This document shows, piece after piece, positions 49,256 to 63,800 of a DNA stretch of 64,000 nucleotides. Source of the DNA: Vicugna vicugna (taxonomy: Eukaryota); assembly GCA_013265495.1 (NCBI GenBank), contig MU058636.1, forward strand, positions 10,329,066 through 10,393,065, written 5' to 3'. The notes under the pieces are model-generated. The model did not search any database. It worked only from the letters and a program-made list of their open reading frames with translations, and had not been told where the DNA came from. The translations under genes and the position numbers were made by a program. Position 1 is the stretch's first letter, and every line of letters starts with the position of its first letter.

Positions 49256-50609
49256 TTGCTTTTCACATTACCTTTTTAACTGGAGGTTTCCAGACTGTTG
49301 AATGAAATTCAGCCTATTTTAAACACTCGGTCTTTAACTATCTTTGAAATGATAAAATTACTCTCCCAAACTCCAAACTGCATACACATTACAATTAAAT
49401 TTTTTCTAATATTAAGGACTGAGAGTTACCGTAAAATTAATGGATGGTACGTGAAATCCCAAATTCTTTGAATGTCATAAATCTGAATTTTGCATTCACG
49501 CTTGAAACACAATGTGTTTTTACTATTTTATTTCTGTTTCATGTCATATTAAAGCTCTTAACATGTTTCCCAAAAAAGGGGGGACATATGTATTAAATAA
49601 GAAAAAGCTGCCATGTAGAACACAGATGGTAGTACATTTTTGGCAGAAAGGAAGTTTAACAAGGCATTTTACTTATTTACTTGGAAAACTAATATGTATG
49701 AATGTTCAAGTTAAGCAGTAAGAATTAATTGCTGTTTTACAATAATCAGGTTTTTGTTGTTGTTGTTTTCAAATCAAATTGCCCTATTCCCATAACATCA
49801 TAGTAGGGAAAGGGAGTCAAATGTGATTGTAAACACCTAAGAAGAGAGTCCACAACAGTAATAAAAGGATGAGAGAAGAAGAAATGGTTAGCATTTTATA
49901 GTAACTAACCTTGTTTCTTGTTATTTGTCGATAAAAATCAATAACAAGAGGTAATGACTGTGTTGTTAGAGTACATGTGTTTTTAATATGATACATATAG
50001 TCACTGACTGTGTCAGTTATGGTATGAAAACAGGAGTTAAGAGTTTATCAAAGCTCAAATTTGGCTAACTCACAGGGCCCACCCGTATGCAAAGTCTACT
50101 ATGCTAGAAACTAAACACAGATGAATAGTATTTCTCTGAGATAGCAGGTTTTTATTTTGTGGTAAATACAGCCTTTAAAAAGCACTGAAATATTCTATAT
50201 TCTTAGGTCTAACATTTAAAAATGGAATTTCCAATTAGCTGATCACTGATGTCATGCTGGAGGGAATACTGATTTGTCTCATACGATGCCATATGTACTT
50301 TAAATAATTTTGTGTTTGAACAACAAACTGAAAACAGAATATTTGACGGCTATATTACATGCCTGCGCTCTAGAAGATTCCAACCTGGAAAAACTCTTTC
50401 CATAATCCAAGACCAGGCTTGGTGAGATCATGTCCTGTTTTTCAGATTTATGCATCATCTAAAACAAGATGATACGTAAATTGATAAATATAAATATATA
50501 GCTCTTGTTTGGAAATGTTTTCCCTTCTGAACCATAAATCATTTTTTACCCAGAATCAGAATATACATGTGAAAGTTTTCTTTATTCCCTAATGTTCGTA
50601 AAAACTATT

Positions 50610-50840
50610 ATCAACAGTAATTATGGACTAAGCACTATATAGCTATTATCTGAATCAGTCCTCAAAACCAACCAATAATGTAGGAGTTATTATGATTCAT
50701 ATTTTACAGAAATTGAAACTGAGGTACAGAGAGCCTTGAAACTTACCTAAGATATAACTTTAGAAGCTTGTCTAATTATAATCAGACTTGAACCTACTAT
50801 TATCAAAATCCACAGCTCATGTCCTGTTTAACACACCACT
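50610..50840 (-). mobile_element. MIR SINE fragment
   Basis: CATATTTTACAGAAATTGAAACTGAGGTACAGAGAG..ACTTACCTAAG..GACTTGAACC. Confidence 0.6.
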
Positions 50841-53800
50841 TTCTGCCTCCATAAAATATTGGGATTTTTTTCTAGATGCCTAAAAATTAACCAGAGGTTA
50901 ATTTGATGATTCCGTTTTTTTATCCAGAAAATTGACATTTGAACATTTTGGGGGATGGAGGGATATTTGTCAGCAATCAGCTCTGCCTGAAACCAGTTTA
51001 GTTTATGTTAATGAAGAAGCCTAGAGATAGATAAATAACAATAATAATGCTGATCTTTGCATTTGTATAACACAAATGATGTGGGGGATTTCAAGCCATT
51101 AGCACTTGCTTATTTGAGCAGACAGCCTCAGACAGTATACAGTAAGAACAACCTGCCCTTCCAGAATGGTTGGCTTATCTGAAACTCTTTCCAAAGCTAT
51201 CCTTATCCTGAATAAAGACACGTCAAACCAAGTTCAAAAGCCATACTGAGCTCTATCCCCACCAAAGACAGTGGTTACCACTGGATGTTTATCTAAAAGC
51301 GTTTCCTCATATGAGTTTCAGAAATTTGGATTTAACTCAGAACAAGTGAACATATATTTTACAATTCGAATGGGGGGACCTTCTTCCAAGACTACGTACT
51401 CCAGCTCTTTTGCTGAACCTGCTGGGGACCAATCAAAGCCATAAGGTTGACTTTCATGAGACGATAAACAAAATTCTGAGCAAAATAAACAAAACCGTTT
51501 TGTTTCTGTTTTGAAGTTGACCTTAAAGTGAATTGGAAAGTGCCTTCTCTACCACCAAGTGAGCGTAAAATATCAGCAACATTTGTAAAGCCCCTTTAGA
51601 AAAATTTACTTTGGGAATGGGGTGCGATCCTATCTTAATGCCCCCAGTTTTCATGAAAAGAGTGAATAAAACCCCCTTCAGCTGAGAGTTTAGGCTGTGT
51701 TCTGTTGTCTTCAGCCTCCTATCACAGAGAAGTATAGGCAGCCCACATACTACAGGCTGGTAGTAGTCAGAAGAGCTTATCTGTGGCTACCTTCTTTTGA
51801 GCCAATTTAAATTGCCAGTAAACCACAAAAGGAAAATCATCCCTCAGTGCTTTCCCACCTCCAGAAGATGTCCTAGTTTAAGTTAGCCAATGCATGCAGT
51901 TGTTGTGAGAGTCAGCACATGTTGAAGATTAATGCAATGTTTGTATGATAACCAAAATCAGTTAATCATCCAATTATATTTTCCATATATAATTAATAGC
52001 CATATATTTGATATGATGTTTTACTTTTCATGGACACAGACTGATAAGGCCTGGGGAAGAAAGATGGAGAAAGGGGCAGAATGCCTCCACCTGGATATGA
52101 AAGCAAACCACGTATGTCCCTTGTTCATCTCCAGCCAAGGCTTGTGTGAGTAGAAAGCTGTGGGAACACAGTGGCTTTCTTATAGATCACGGTAGCTGTT
52201 TTATCAAGTGTGCCGTGATGTTGGCCCTACGTGCAAAATATGATAAAATGAAATCACCAATGGATCTTCCAAGAAAAGCAGAAATCAACAAAGCACGATC
52301 AACTAAAGCTCTTTTATTCCCTAAGTACTGTTCAATTTATCCTGCATTTTGAATTTTTATCTTAGTATTACTTGCCACCTACATAGCTCAAAGTGGTATT
52401 GTGGGGATTAGAATAATGTCTCAAAGTGCTTTGAAACAGGGATGAAATGTTTGTTCCCTGACATTGGTACAACCTTGTAGGTAGGTTTTTGTTACTATAC
52501 AAATGATTTCAACTTAGGTAAAAACATGATTTCTAAATCACCGACATTTGTTCTAAATCCTACTGTGGCTCCTTATTCTCGTGCTGTGTGCATTGGTTGC
52601 CCCAATCCGACTGATTCTTTGTGAATTCAGAGGTAGGATGTATACTATCCATGGTATGTCATAGCAGGAATTTAGAAACAGTCTCAAATCTCAATGATTT
52701 TAACTATCTATCCATGCCCTACAGCTGGGTTTTAAAAGGAAAACTACGTGGAAATGACTTGGGAACTCTAAACCTTTGATGCACCTTTTAATATGGTCTG
52801 ATATACCAAAACTTTGCTATAAAGGCTTTAAAAATCCTCTTACATTATTCTTGATAGTCTCAGTAGGCAATTAAAAAGCAGTTAAAAATAAAGTTAGCTG
52901 ACTCATTTGGGGAGTTTAGCTGATGATAGTACTGGCAGCTTCATTTAACAGATAATGTTATCATAGAAAGCAGCACAACTTTAACAATAGAGCAAATTTC
53001 TCTAAAACAATTGCAAAACAGAATTGATACAATGTTTTCTTCAGTTTTCTGTGGTTCTTTTGGGGGGTAAAATTCTTTAAAAACTAAACCCACTTAAACA
53101 CCCCAACATGTTTTGTAAGAGATGTTGCCTCTAAGAAACCTAAAAGCTGGAGACAAGTGACTTTCTCACGAAGGGAAAACAGAATTAGTCCTACAACATT
53201 AGCTCTCTCAAAAAGAAACAAAACAAAATACAACAAAAACATGCAGAACAATAACAACAGTTAAGTATCTACTTAAAAGAATTGGAATATAATGGCTTCT
53301 GAGTCCTGGATCTTTTTTCTAAGTCTGATTTTTTTTTAACTATTTAAATACTTATTCAGGAAGAAGGCAGTAGCTTAATTTTAATGTTCACTTTTTAAAA
53401 GAATTAATATCTGTTCATGTAAAAATTAATATCTGTTCTAACAAGAAACACCACCTGTATTATCAGGTTCTGCAGTTATTCCTGGATTAGTTATTCTTGG
53501 CAATTATACTGTAAAACCACATATCAACCTGTGTGTGTGTATGTGTACACGCCTACGGGCACACACACACTCACGTTCCTATGTGTACACACCAGGATTC
53601 TATTAAAAGATCGTAAATGCCACCTATTTTCACAGCCCAATTAAAACATACAACAAATTTAGTCACTAATAAACAAAAATTGATGAGAACCATGGAAACC
53701 TCTTAAATTAGAAATCAGGAGGACTTGAAATTAAGAAACAAAAGCAGTTGCTCAGTCAAGGTAAGAATTTGTAATGTAAATGGTACCCCAAAACATTTAA

Positions 53801-54320
53801 AGGTGTGAAGGTTTTTTGTTGGCAAGGACCTTCTTAGCTACCTTTGCTGATACATTTTTAAACTGGTCATAATGGAAAAATTATTTTTACATAGGTCATG
53901 ATGAAGAAATTACTAAGGTAGTTAGAATGGATCTCTTCTTGTTTCCCAAAGAGACTGCAAGGCCTTTCTTGAGTTGGACCCCGGTGGGGATCATCGGTGT
54001 TCCTGGAATAGGTCTCCTCAGTCCACACTCACTTCCCTTTACTGCCCCTGCACCACTGTCCCTCTCCTCTTAGGCAATTATACCGTATATAGAGAGAAGC
54101 TAGAGGAAATTTTCAAATCTCTGTCTCCTTCTCAGTTTAAAACCCTGTGTGTACTGTGGTACCCACATGTACTCATAATCATGGCATGGCTCTCCTCTAG
54201 TATCCACCAGTCATCACACTGCTCCCAAGCTCTCAACTTCTCTCTTTAAATGATACCCGCTGCATTCTTTGAAGTTAGCATATCTACATTTTTTTTTTCT
54301 TTTGGACTGAGGAACCTGAC

Positions 54321-54723
54321 TATTATGGGCTGTGTTGTGTCCCCCTCCCTTGCCAAATTCACATATGGAAGCCCCCAGAACCTCAGAATGTGAGTGCATT
54401 TGGAGAAAGGGCCTTTAAAGAGATGATTAGGTTAAAACAAAGCCATTCGGATGGGCCCTAATCCCATCTGACTGGTGTTTGTATAGAAGGGGGAAATTTG
54501 AACACACAGAGAAGCACTTAGGGACGTGTGAGCGCACACAGAGGAAAGCTGGTGCGAGGACACAGCCAGAAGGAGGCCGTCTGCCAGCCAACAAGAGAGG
54601 CTTCAGAAGAAACCAGTCCTGCTGACACCTTAATCTTGGACTCCAGAACTGTGAGAAAATTAATTTCTGTTAAGCCACCCAGTCTGTGGTATTTTGTCAA
54701 GACAGACCTAGTAAACGAATCCA
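54321..54723 (+). mobile_element. ERVL-MaLR solo LTR (MLT1A/B-like), complete with 5-bp TSD
   Basis: TATTATGGGCTG..CCCAGAACCTCAGAATGTGA..GGGCCCTAATCC..CCTGCTGACACCTTAATCTTGGACTCCAGAACTGTGAGA..AAGCCACCCAGTCTGTGGTATTTTG; CTGAC on both sides (54316-54320, 54724-54728). Confidence 0.9.
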
Positions 54724-57700
54724 CTGACTATAGGATCAGTTATGTTTTTCCAAAGGTAGGGTAGATTTTTAACATTCCACTGAGAGACTAAAGGGCCCTA
54801 ACCCAAAAATGCAGTTAGGCAAATAAAGCACTACCCTGAGGGCGAAGTCTCAACTAAATCCATTCTGCTAATGCATTGTTTATAAACAAGTGGCATGGTC
54901 AGCATTAGAGGAAAACATACATCTAGCACTTACTATGTGCCAGGTGTAGTTCCAAGCACTGGTACCATAAAAGCTCATTTCATCTTCACAAAACTCCTTG
55001 ACAGAAGAGGGGATGGGAGCCCAGGGAGGTTGAGTCACCAGCAGTCTGGTCCAGAGTCTTTGCTCTTAACTGGTAACCCGCCTAGCTTCTTTAGTTAGTA
55101 GATCTAACCCTTATTACCCCTCTGTTACCAACCCAACACACAGCAGAGCAAAGATGAGAAGATGGCTAGAGTGGAAGTTTAAAAGACCTAAATTCAAATT
55201 CAAACTCTGCTCCTTATTCCTCCAGGCAGTTTCCTTATCTGAATAATAGGAATGATAATACTTACTGCTGGGGGGGGTGATCAGCTGAGATAATTATATA
55301 CAAGCCTTGCAGCTGGCATTAGCCCCAGGCATTGCAGATGTGTCTACAGGGTTGGAGAATCCTTTTAAAGATGCTCAGAGGGGCTCTGTGCTGGGTCGAA
55401 CTCCGCTGTCCACCTCGGCCTTAGCTTCTTCAAAGGCTTACATCCCCTTTCTGTTGGTCTTGCATCTGTAGTGCATGAATGCTCAGCCACACCCACCCAT
55501 ACTGGCCCATCGCCCCCTGCCCCCAGTAAAATATCCTGTGGACCAGTAAAAATGGAAGGGAAAAGAGGTCCTCATTCACCATCCCTAGCAGTTGGAGCTG
55601 TGCTCTTCTGCTTTCCCTAGGCTTCTGGAGAGCCTTAGAAACACCACATTCACGAAAAGCAGTCTTTGGATGAGACGTATTTGTGAGAGGAGCTCATTGA
55701 AAGAAAGGGAAGGCAGGCCAGCTAATTGACTAAGGCAAGGGTAGACCAGATCCTATGGCAGACCCCTCAGGCGCCCACATGAAGTTCCTCCCTCCCATAC
55801 CCATACCCACCTAAAGTGCAGTCAAGCTACCATCTGCACCCGCTCCAGGCCCATGCTGCTGAAGGCAGCCTAATGCCAAATCAGCCTTCCCTGGAGCCAG
55901 CCTCAGGTGTCACTGTTGGATCCGGTCCACCCAGATTGTAAACACTGGCCCTCCAGATAACCTCTGAAGCTCCCTCGCAGGCCTCTGGCAGCTTGGGCCT
56001 TTTGGAATGACAGCTGAAAATGTGGGTTGTCAGTCGGTCACCCCCATCTCTCAGACTTGGTCTCAGCCACGTTGTGCATGCCTCTGCCATCCACCTGTTT
56101 GGGCTGATGACAGCATTTCATTAATGCCCTTCCTCGTCTTAATATTAGCACAGGCCTCTCAATGGGGAGAGAAGCACTCTTTGGAGAACCTGCTTTTGAA
56201 ATCAACACTCCCCACACACACTTGCATTCCTTTCAGCTCATATTACTGCAGCTGCTCCCATGTCTGGATCTAAACCCTCATCTCTTGTCCAGCACAAGCC
56301 TACCCCACCAGAGACTAGCTAGGCTGGGCTCTGTATTTGATAACAATCTTAACATATTCAGAGCCATAGGAATTGTTTTTCCCTGTGCCGGTGGTTTCTT
56401 TCCATACTACTAAAATTTGCGAAACAAATGACAGCAATGCCACAGACCAGGCTAAATTCAGTGCACATTCTCCAGCTGTGCAGCATGGCCAAAGGGATAT
56501 GCACAGGTTTGTTTTCGCTCTCATTCTGATGGAAATAAACAATCCAAGAAACAGAACACTCACTTTTTTAGGACCAGATGTTCATTCACCTCAGGGCATT
56601 GGTTGTCCCAGCCAGGAAAGAGCAGAGCACCCAGTAGTCCAACCTGACCAGGTCAGTATGGCACCCGACACCCAGAAATGGCATCTTCCTCACTGTGTGT
56701 TCTTGCCACAACTCAAGTGGATGGCTGAAGGGTCCAAGCCCAAACTACCATCCACCTGAAAGCTGTTACAATCTAGGATTTTAAGTGTGACATATTCTAG
56801 ACCATCACAGGGTACAGCAGACCACGTGCAAGTGAGTTTTGCCATTTGTTTCCGTTTGAGGGCTCGCTGTACACAATTGTCCACAGTTATGGGGTGTCAG
56901 AGAGCTGGCATGAAGTTTCGTGTCCATGAGAAATGCAATGATTCCAAACATGTTAAACATAGCTGTCACATTAGTTTTTACACAGAAAATGATTCTCTGC
57001 AAACTTAGTCAAGGTAATTTGTTAGCTTTGATCTTCTTATTGAACTGTGTTTCTCTCCCTTGCCATTGTCCTCCATCATTTTCCCATTAACCTGAAGGGG
57101 CAAAAGAAAAGTTGCCAAAAAATCCATTTTTACACTAATTATTTTTTAATAACATTTAAAAGCGATGTTTTAGTGCCCCCTACTGGTGTATGACATTTGT
57201 AGTCCATTTGCAAAAAAGGTACACTTACTTTTTAGAGAAAAAATAAACTCATAGAAAAGTAAAAAAAAAAGTATTTTATAAGCCTTTAAAAATTGATTAA
57301 TTTTCACACTGTGTTACTTAACACTATAAATACTCCATCATTTTTATTATTGTTCATTATATAGACATATTTTAACATGAACCATCTTGACTTCTTTGTA
57401 TCTTTTACTCTGTCTAATATTTAGTTTGAGTGGAGAAAACTCAATTGCATTTAGGGGAACTTGATCATTTTCACTTAATAAGTAAATATGCTCATTAAGA
57501 GAGAATTTCCCTCAGATCTGCACACCCTTTCTGAAGCAGCTTCTTTATTAGTCTAAAAATAGAACCTTTGTTTCGCTTGAGAAAAAGGGAGGAAGTAGGC
57601 TTTGGGAATGGATCAATCTTTAAAGGAAATTTATGCCTTGGATTTTCATGCACAAGGATAATTGTTATGGGGGCCATATGACGAGTAGCCATTATGATAA

Positions 57701-58917
57701 AAACTAAAATCCTTATAAGGAGGACAGACAAAAACACTCCATACCACAAGGGATCAGCAGATGGAAGGATCTCTGAGGGGATGGGCAGTAAGGCAAAGAG
57801 GTCGGGGCGAGGGTGGGAGGGTGTAAGAGTTGGAACTGGAGTGACTGTTAATTAAATGTGGAGAAAGATTTTTGTCCCTGATAAAGCAAGCCCTGTTTTA
57901 GATAGTAAAATAATCTTGGAATGAGGATTTGCACATAGAAACCATTTTTTTTCTCATTGTATCTGGGTAGAATGTGCAGCCAACTAGGGCAAAGGGAGCC
58001 CATAAGGCGGCAAGCTGTCTGTCCACCCTTAGCCAGAACTAAGGGGAGAAAATGGAAGCGGGCGTCCAGGCAGCACTCCACAGCCAACTGGAGCCTGCTC
58101 TGCACTGACAGCTCCCCGGGCCCCCGAGGGGAAGATATGCAGTGATTCAGGGTATCCACTTTAGTCAGTGATGAGGACCTGTTTTTGCAAAGCCAGAGGG
58201 AAACAAGAGATAGCTTCATGTCAAAAATGGGCCAAGTGCAACCTTTTACTTATAATCTTGTGCCAGATTCAGAAGATTAGTCCTGACAGTGAAAAATATT
58301 CTCAAAGTATTATATCTTCACAAAGAGCAAAGCTTCTCAGGAAATTTAACTTGCCCCCAAAGACTTTCCTCAAGGACTTTCTAAGCTGTTTTCAATCCTT
58401 CAGATTTGATCTACTCAGGCTCTTTTCCCTTATCCTGCTTTTAATTATAAAATTCATTGGAGGAGCATTTGAGATACATTTGTCTATAACTTCTATGTCT
58501 GTCATTTACTTCCACCTCTTGCTTTTAAAATCTGTTAAGTGAGAAGTGAACATTTCATCAAGGCATATACTTAAAATGTCCCAAACCATGGAATGTCTCA
58601 GTGTGTTCTGCCAAAATCTTAATTCTAGGTATTTTAGCTTCAATTTTAATAACTGCCATTATTAGTCATACTGTAGGGGGAGAAAATCTGCCTTAACTGA
58701 CAGTTCTTCTAAAACCAAACCTACCTATTATAATTTCACAGGAACTAGACAACTTGAAAAACTGTCTCCAGAGTCTATTTCTCATAAGGTCAGAAGCACA
58801 TTATAAATTTGACTCAACTTTACATCTCATCTCAACTAATACTCTAGGGGAAAGGAAGGGACAGGACAAATTTTTTTTTTTATAACCAAGCCTGTTTAAA
58901 TGCAAATCATTATTATG

Positions 58918-59011
58918 TGAATTTTTTTAATGGAGGTACTAGGGATTGAACCCAGGACCTCATACATGCTAGGCCTGCATGCTACCACTGAGCTATACCT
59001 ACCCCACTCCA
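58918..59011 (-). mobile_element. tRNA-Ala-derived SINE (camelid vic-1-like) with perfect 14-bp TSD
   Basis: Minus strand GGTATAGCTCAGTGGTAGCATGC..GAGGTCCTGGGTTCAATCCCTAGTACCTCC plus A tail; AAATCATTATTATG at 58904-58917 and 59012-59025. Confidence 0.9.
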
Positions 59012-59314
59012 AAATCATTATTATGAAAGAGCTCATATTCTTCTGCATTCCATAGTTTGACTAAAATACCTCGCTCAAAGAATGAAAATAGACTGTCACC
59101 TACAAGCACATTCTGCCTTATGCAGTCTTGAATGGGAATATGGGCCTCCTTATTTTGAAATCACAGCCCATACAGGTAGGTAAAATTGGAAACCCTGATG
59201 AAAAAAAGCAGTTGTCTGATTCTCTTTATGCTGGGTGTATACTACTAACTTAGAGAAAACGTAGTTGTTCAACAAGAAACTCACGGATGCTCGCTTACAC
59301 AATGTTTATGAATA

Positions 59315-59520
59315 AGGACTAACATTTAGTTCCTGCTCATTATGTGAAGGCGCTATTCTAAGCACTTTACTATACAACGTATCACAACAATTCTATGGGG
59401 TAGAAACCAAGTTTTATGATTGCTGTCAAATGGGGAAACTGAGGCAGTAAATAGTTAACACATAGTGGCACAGCTCATCATGGAACCAGGCTTCCCGTGT
59501 TGGTGATCTGAGTCTAGTGT
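59315..59520 (-). mobile_element. MIR SINE
   Basis: TTCTAAGCACTTTAC..TCACAACAATTCTATG..ATGGGGAAACTGAGGCA. Confidence 0.65.
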
Positions 59521-62500
59521 GCTGCATGGACCCTGAGCCACAGGGTCCCAGGGAACAAGGGGGTGGCCAGGGCCAGCTCTGCAGGGAGAGCCTGTGAGGA
59601 GCCCTGTTCCCCCAGCAGCCAAGCTGAGCTGTGTCTTTTGGGGATAATAAGCAGTTTCCCAATCAGATAAGGAGGATGTTCCTCTAAACAGTTGAGACAG
59701 CAAGGACATGGAAAGGCAAAAAAGGGTAAGGTTTGCCATTTAATCAGTGCAGGGCTATGGGAGGCATTTTAGGGGGTGAGGAGAGGCATTTTGAAAAGAA
59801 GATGATCATTATTAACACTGTGTTTTAAAACAAGAGCACCCTGGAGAAATTGTGTGGTCTATTTCTAGCTCTTTTAGTTATGCACCTAGAAGCAAATTCA
59901 ACGCCATTGTTCTTGGGGAAGACAGGAACCTGATGCTTCAGAAGGAGATGCAAAGTGTTCTGCTGTTATCTTCTTCTAAAACTCTGTTCTGTAAATTATG
60001 TTTTCATTAGGGGAGGACCTCCTCCCCACATCTGGATTAAGCCCACACTATGCTAATAGATTATCAAATGATTTTACGAGCATGCTGAGCAGGTGTTTGC
60101 AAGAATGGTGGACTGAGGGAGAGATCTCGGGGTTTGATCCTGTCTCTGCCTGTGTGGAACCAGGAAAGGGGACTAGGCAGCCCAGCATTTATGAGACTGA
60201 GCTGTCCGTGTCCCTCAAATGGGTGGGGGAATCAAGAAAAGTTAGCAGAAATGAGAGAGCTCTTTCAGGACAAGAAAGTAGGTGAATGTTTTCGTATATT
60301 GGGATAGTTTAAGAACACCTTATTCTATTTTGATCAAACATTTATTGAGTTTCAGTTCTGCCAGCTAGCTTGCTAGCCATTGGAAAGAACTAGGCACATT
60401 TTGGGGAACTTTGTGAATTTTGCAAAAAAAAGAAAGAAAAAGCAATTCTTAGCTCTATTCTTCATGCCACTGATTCCGTAGTTATGGGTAAGGCCAAGAA
60501 GCATCGCACGTATTGCTTATAGGAAACTACTACAATAGATGATGAGTGGGAACCCCAAAGAACTTAAGAAGAAAAAAACAAATGATTATGAGAAAGAGGT
60601 ACCATGACTCATTTTCTGTCTTAAAAAAATGTAGCCTGGACATGTCTATCAGGTAGATGCAGTGCTTTCCAGACCCCTTCTCCTTCTAGATGAAACTGAC
60701 CTGCCCACAGCCCCCAGATCAGGAAAGCTGCCTGAGCATGACTGGATAGGGGGGTCAGAGGATCTGATCCAAGGGCCACCCATCCACAGACAGGATCATG
60801 AGGTGGCCTGAATGGATGGTTCCGGCCAGTACAGACTATGGTTATTACTAAGCCAGCCAGACTCCTTCCAAGGACTCCTTCTACCTCCTTCCAAGTTTAA
60901 GTATATAGGGTTGAGATAAAGTTTGCTCTTTGGTGGAGAGAAGAGGCCAGGGCAGCTGTACCAAGAGCACACAGACCATGGGAACCAGGAAGAGGAGCTA
61001 GCTTCTAGAAGGGCCTCTGACCCAAATCAAATCCATGTGGACTTACCACAAATCCTTTTTCTCTTAAGGAGGTTTGAATGAGTGATTCTTTGCTTCTGAA
61101 GTAACTACTACTTAGAAACCATCCCAGGAATAATGTGGAAGACAGAAGGGCAGAAAGGCAGATATTTGGCAACTCTGCACTTGATTAAACATTTTATTGC
61201 TCGCCTTTCAAGTTATTAGTCCAATTGACTTGCAATTAGATGCTGTCACTTGTCATCTTCCTCAGGCATTTTCTCTTGACTTCGCACTCCAGGATGTCTG
61301 ACATCATGTTCCTTAAACTTTGCATCTAACGGGTCTTCTATAAATGTTAAATCTAGAAAGCACGCTGTGCTTAAACACAAAACTCTGCTCCTCATAAGCT
61401 TTTTGACCAACAGGAAATTCAGGTTTAATAAACGTAGTCGAATGCCAGTTTGGAGAATTAAGATGAGTAAATGTTTGTAAACACTTAGCATTGTTTCTGA
61501 ATGTTAATTTTAGTCCTTTGTGGAGTGCCTGCCATGTACAGGCTCAATGTTCTGCTCACTCCTTTTATTTTTTAAGTCATGTGCTATGATTCCTTCCACT
61601 GCCAATCCTCCAAAATTTGAGTCATAATCTTCCAGATAACTCTTTTAAAAAGAACTTTTTGCTCAAGCAGTTGTCAAGTCACCGAGTCCACTATTCTTTT
61701 AGATGGGTTTCTTAGATCTCCACTTAAATGTGGACATATCAAAAATTACCCACCTGTAATCTTTGGAAACCAATTTCTTCAAGCAATTTACTTTAAGGCC
61801 CTAGAAGTTAAATCGTAGGAAGTACATTGCTATTTTGGCAAATGATTTAAGACATATTATTCCTTAATCATTTCTAATATCGAAAAGTCTTGTTATATAC
61901 AACTGTTACCTCCAGGACACCCAGCAGGACAGCTCATCAAGTGGTGTAGACTTCTACCAAAAACCAGAAAAACTGCTGGTGTTAGGAAGCTTCCACTATG
62001 AGTCGTACAAACTGTCCACTGAGGCCGGGAATCCCAAAGTTCCCAATCACCCTCTTGGGACTGGAGGGGAGGGGAGTAAGGGCAAGAAAAACACACAGAG
62101 AAAAGAATGTAAAATAATATTTCCATGTTTTTCCCACCACAAGTGTTTACTATGTGCTGGTTACTCTGCAAAATGATCTTAAAGACTTGACTCATTCTCC
62201 TAAAAGAAAAAGAAAAAGAAAAAAAAAGCTACTATTGATATAATTTGCAAATGATAGATAGAGCCAGCAAGGGATAAAATCAAAAAAGAGAAGGCAATGC
62301 ATCAGTGGAAAGTCAGCCGAACAGCCAGACTGAGAGGCCAACCTATGTTGGCCCAGCCTCAGAGGTCTAAGATTAGACCAAGTGAAGCTTTCAAGAACAC
62401 TGGAGTAGCCCACACTAATTTCCATTTCCATGGCAGGTCCTGGGGACCATTCCAGACATCAGGCTTGCAGATCCTCAACTCAGGGAACATCAGTTCTATA

Positions 62501-62696
62501 TTTGGTCCTGTAACCAGATCAGCCTCTTGATCTTCTTTGCTCAAATCAGATTGGACCCCTAGGGCTGTTCTGAATAGCTGGACAAGTAGTAGGTTGGGCG
62601 ACATAACATTGTCACTGTCTAACTATTTTTGACCTATGTAAGCAGCAATTCCATATAGTTCAACCCAACACTTGGCTGACAGATACATACTTCTGA

Positions 62697-62892
62697 CATT
62701 TCTCAGCAAGGGCAATATTGACATTTGAGGCAGGACTGTCCTGTATATTACAAGAGTGGCCTCCAGTCACCAAATACCAGTAACACCACCTTCCCTTAAG
62801 AGTCATGGTGACAACCAGAAATCAAAAACTATGTTCCCAAGACACATTTCCAAATATTCTCTGAGTAGGGGCAGTAACATTCCAATGAGTTT
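62697..62892 (-). mobile_element. Degraded MER20/MER20B-like hAT element
   Basis: TTTCTCA..GGCAATATTGACATTTGAGGC..CTGTCCTGT..CACATTTCCAAAT; similar to the start of the MER20 at 25766. Confidence 0.5.
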
Positions 62893-63434
62893 ATATAGGA
62901 TTGTAAGTAAATGTCTTGAGATTTTCATATATTAACAGCAGCAAGTAGGAGAGAAAGAGAGGGAGAGAGAAAGAGAAGAACAGTAGATGGTGAAGTGATT
63001 TTCCAAAAGCGGAGGACACGATATCAAAGCCAGCAATCATCAGATTCAGATTGCTTTGCAATTACACCACCAAGAAAATCAGCCCATGTTCCCAAAATTC
63101 ATATATTCATATATGGATTTGGAGGGGTACCAAGTGTTCAACCTACATAGTACCTGGCACAAATAGGTACTTGATAAATATATATGGGAAAATTGGAAGG
63201 GTACTTAATCTGATTGGGTTCAAATATACTGATCACTGATTAGCATTGTGTTTTAGCTAATTGTTTGTATACCTGTCTTTCACTCCAAACTGAAGCTGTT
63301 ATAGCTAGGGATCATTACCTTTCTTTCCCACAGTGGATTTGTAAATAGCAGGGAGTATCTTGAACATAGTAATGGTCAAAATCAGTGGAAAATAATGAAA
63401 GACGTAACAGGAAGCATTGTCTACTAAAGCATCG

Positions 63435-63800
63435 GTACCTTGCCTTCTGGCTGTATTTCGGAATCACCTTGGGGAAGGAAGATTGTTAAAACTTCACATT
63501 TCCCAAGACTCACTCCAGAGTATCTGAAATTAGAATCTCTGGGACTGCATTAGCAGCATTTGTATTTTTATCAAACTCCCCAGCTGGCTTCAATATGCCT
63601 GCCTGGGGCAGATTTTGAAGACCTGGGTTTATAGAACCCACACCTACAGCAGTGTTTCTCATACTTGCCAGATGACAGAATTTGTTAAATGAATGTCCAA
63701 GTCCCTGCCTTGGAGACTCTGATCAGAGAGTCTGGGGTGTGTCCCAGGTGTCAGTGTTTTTAATAAGCATCCCAGGTGATTCTTATAACCAATCAGGCAT
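63435..63800. mobile_element. Two MER5-like hAT-Charlie fragments
   Basis: GAATCACCT..GAAATTAGAATCTCTGGG..TTTTATCAAACTCCCCAG and CAGTGTTTCTCA..TTTAATAAGCATCCCAGGTGATTCT motifs. Confidence 0.6.

Noticed and set aside
60660..61100. Possible ancient LTR (MLT1/LTR16-like); similar hints at ~29650-29830 and ~55620-55760
   Set aside because: Too diverged to assign family or boundaries by eye.
19959..62150. Scattered GTAAACA/TGTTTAC forkhead motifs (e.g. 19959, 34779, ~49829, ~55938)
   Set aside because: Isolated 7-mers in AT-rich DNA at about chance frequency; only the CpG-island copy was retained.
62192..62604. Cluster of overlapping short ORFs, possible processed pseudogene
   Set aside because: No recognisable protein similarity, poly-A tail or TSD; a BLASTX search would be needed to revisit.
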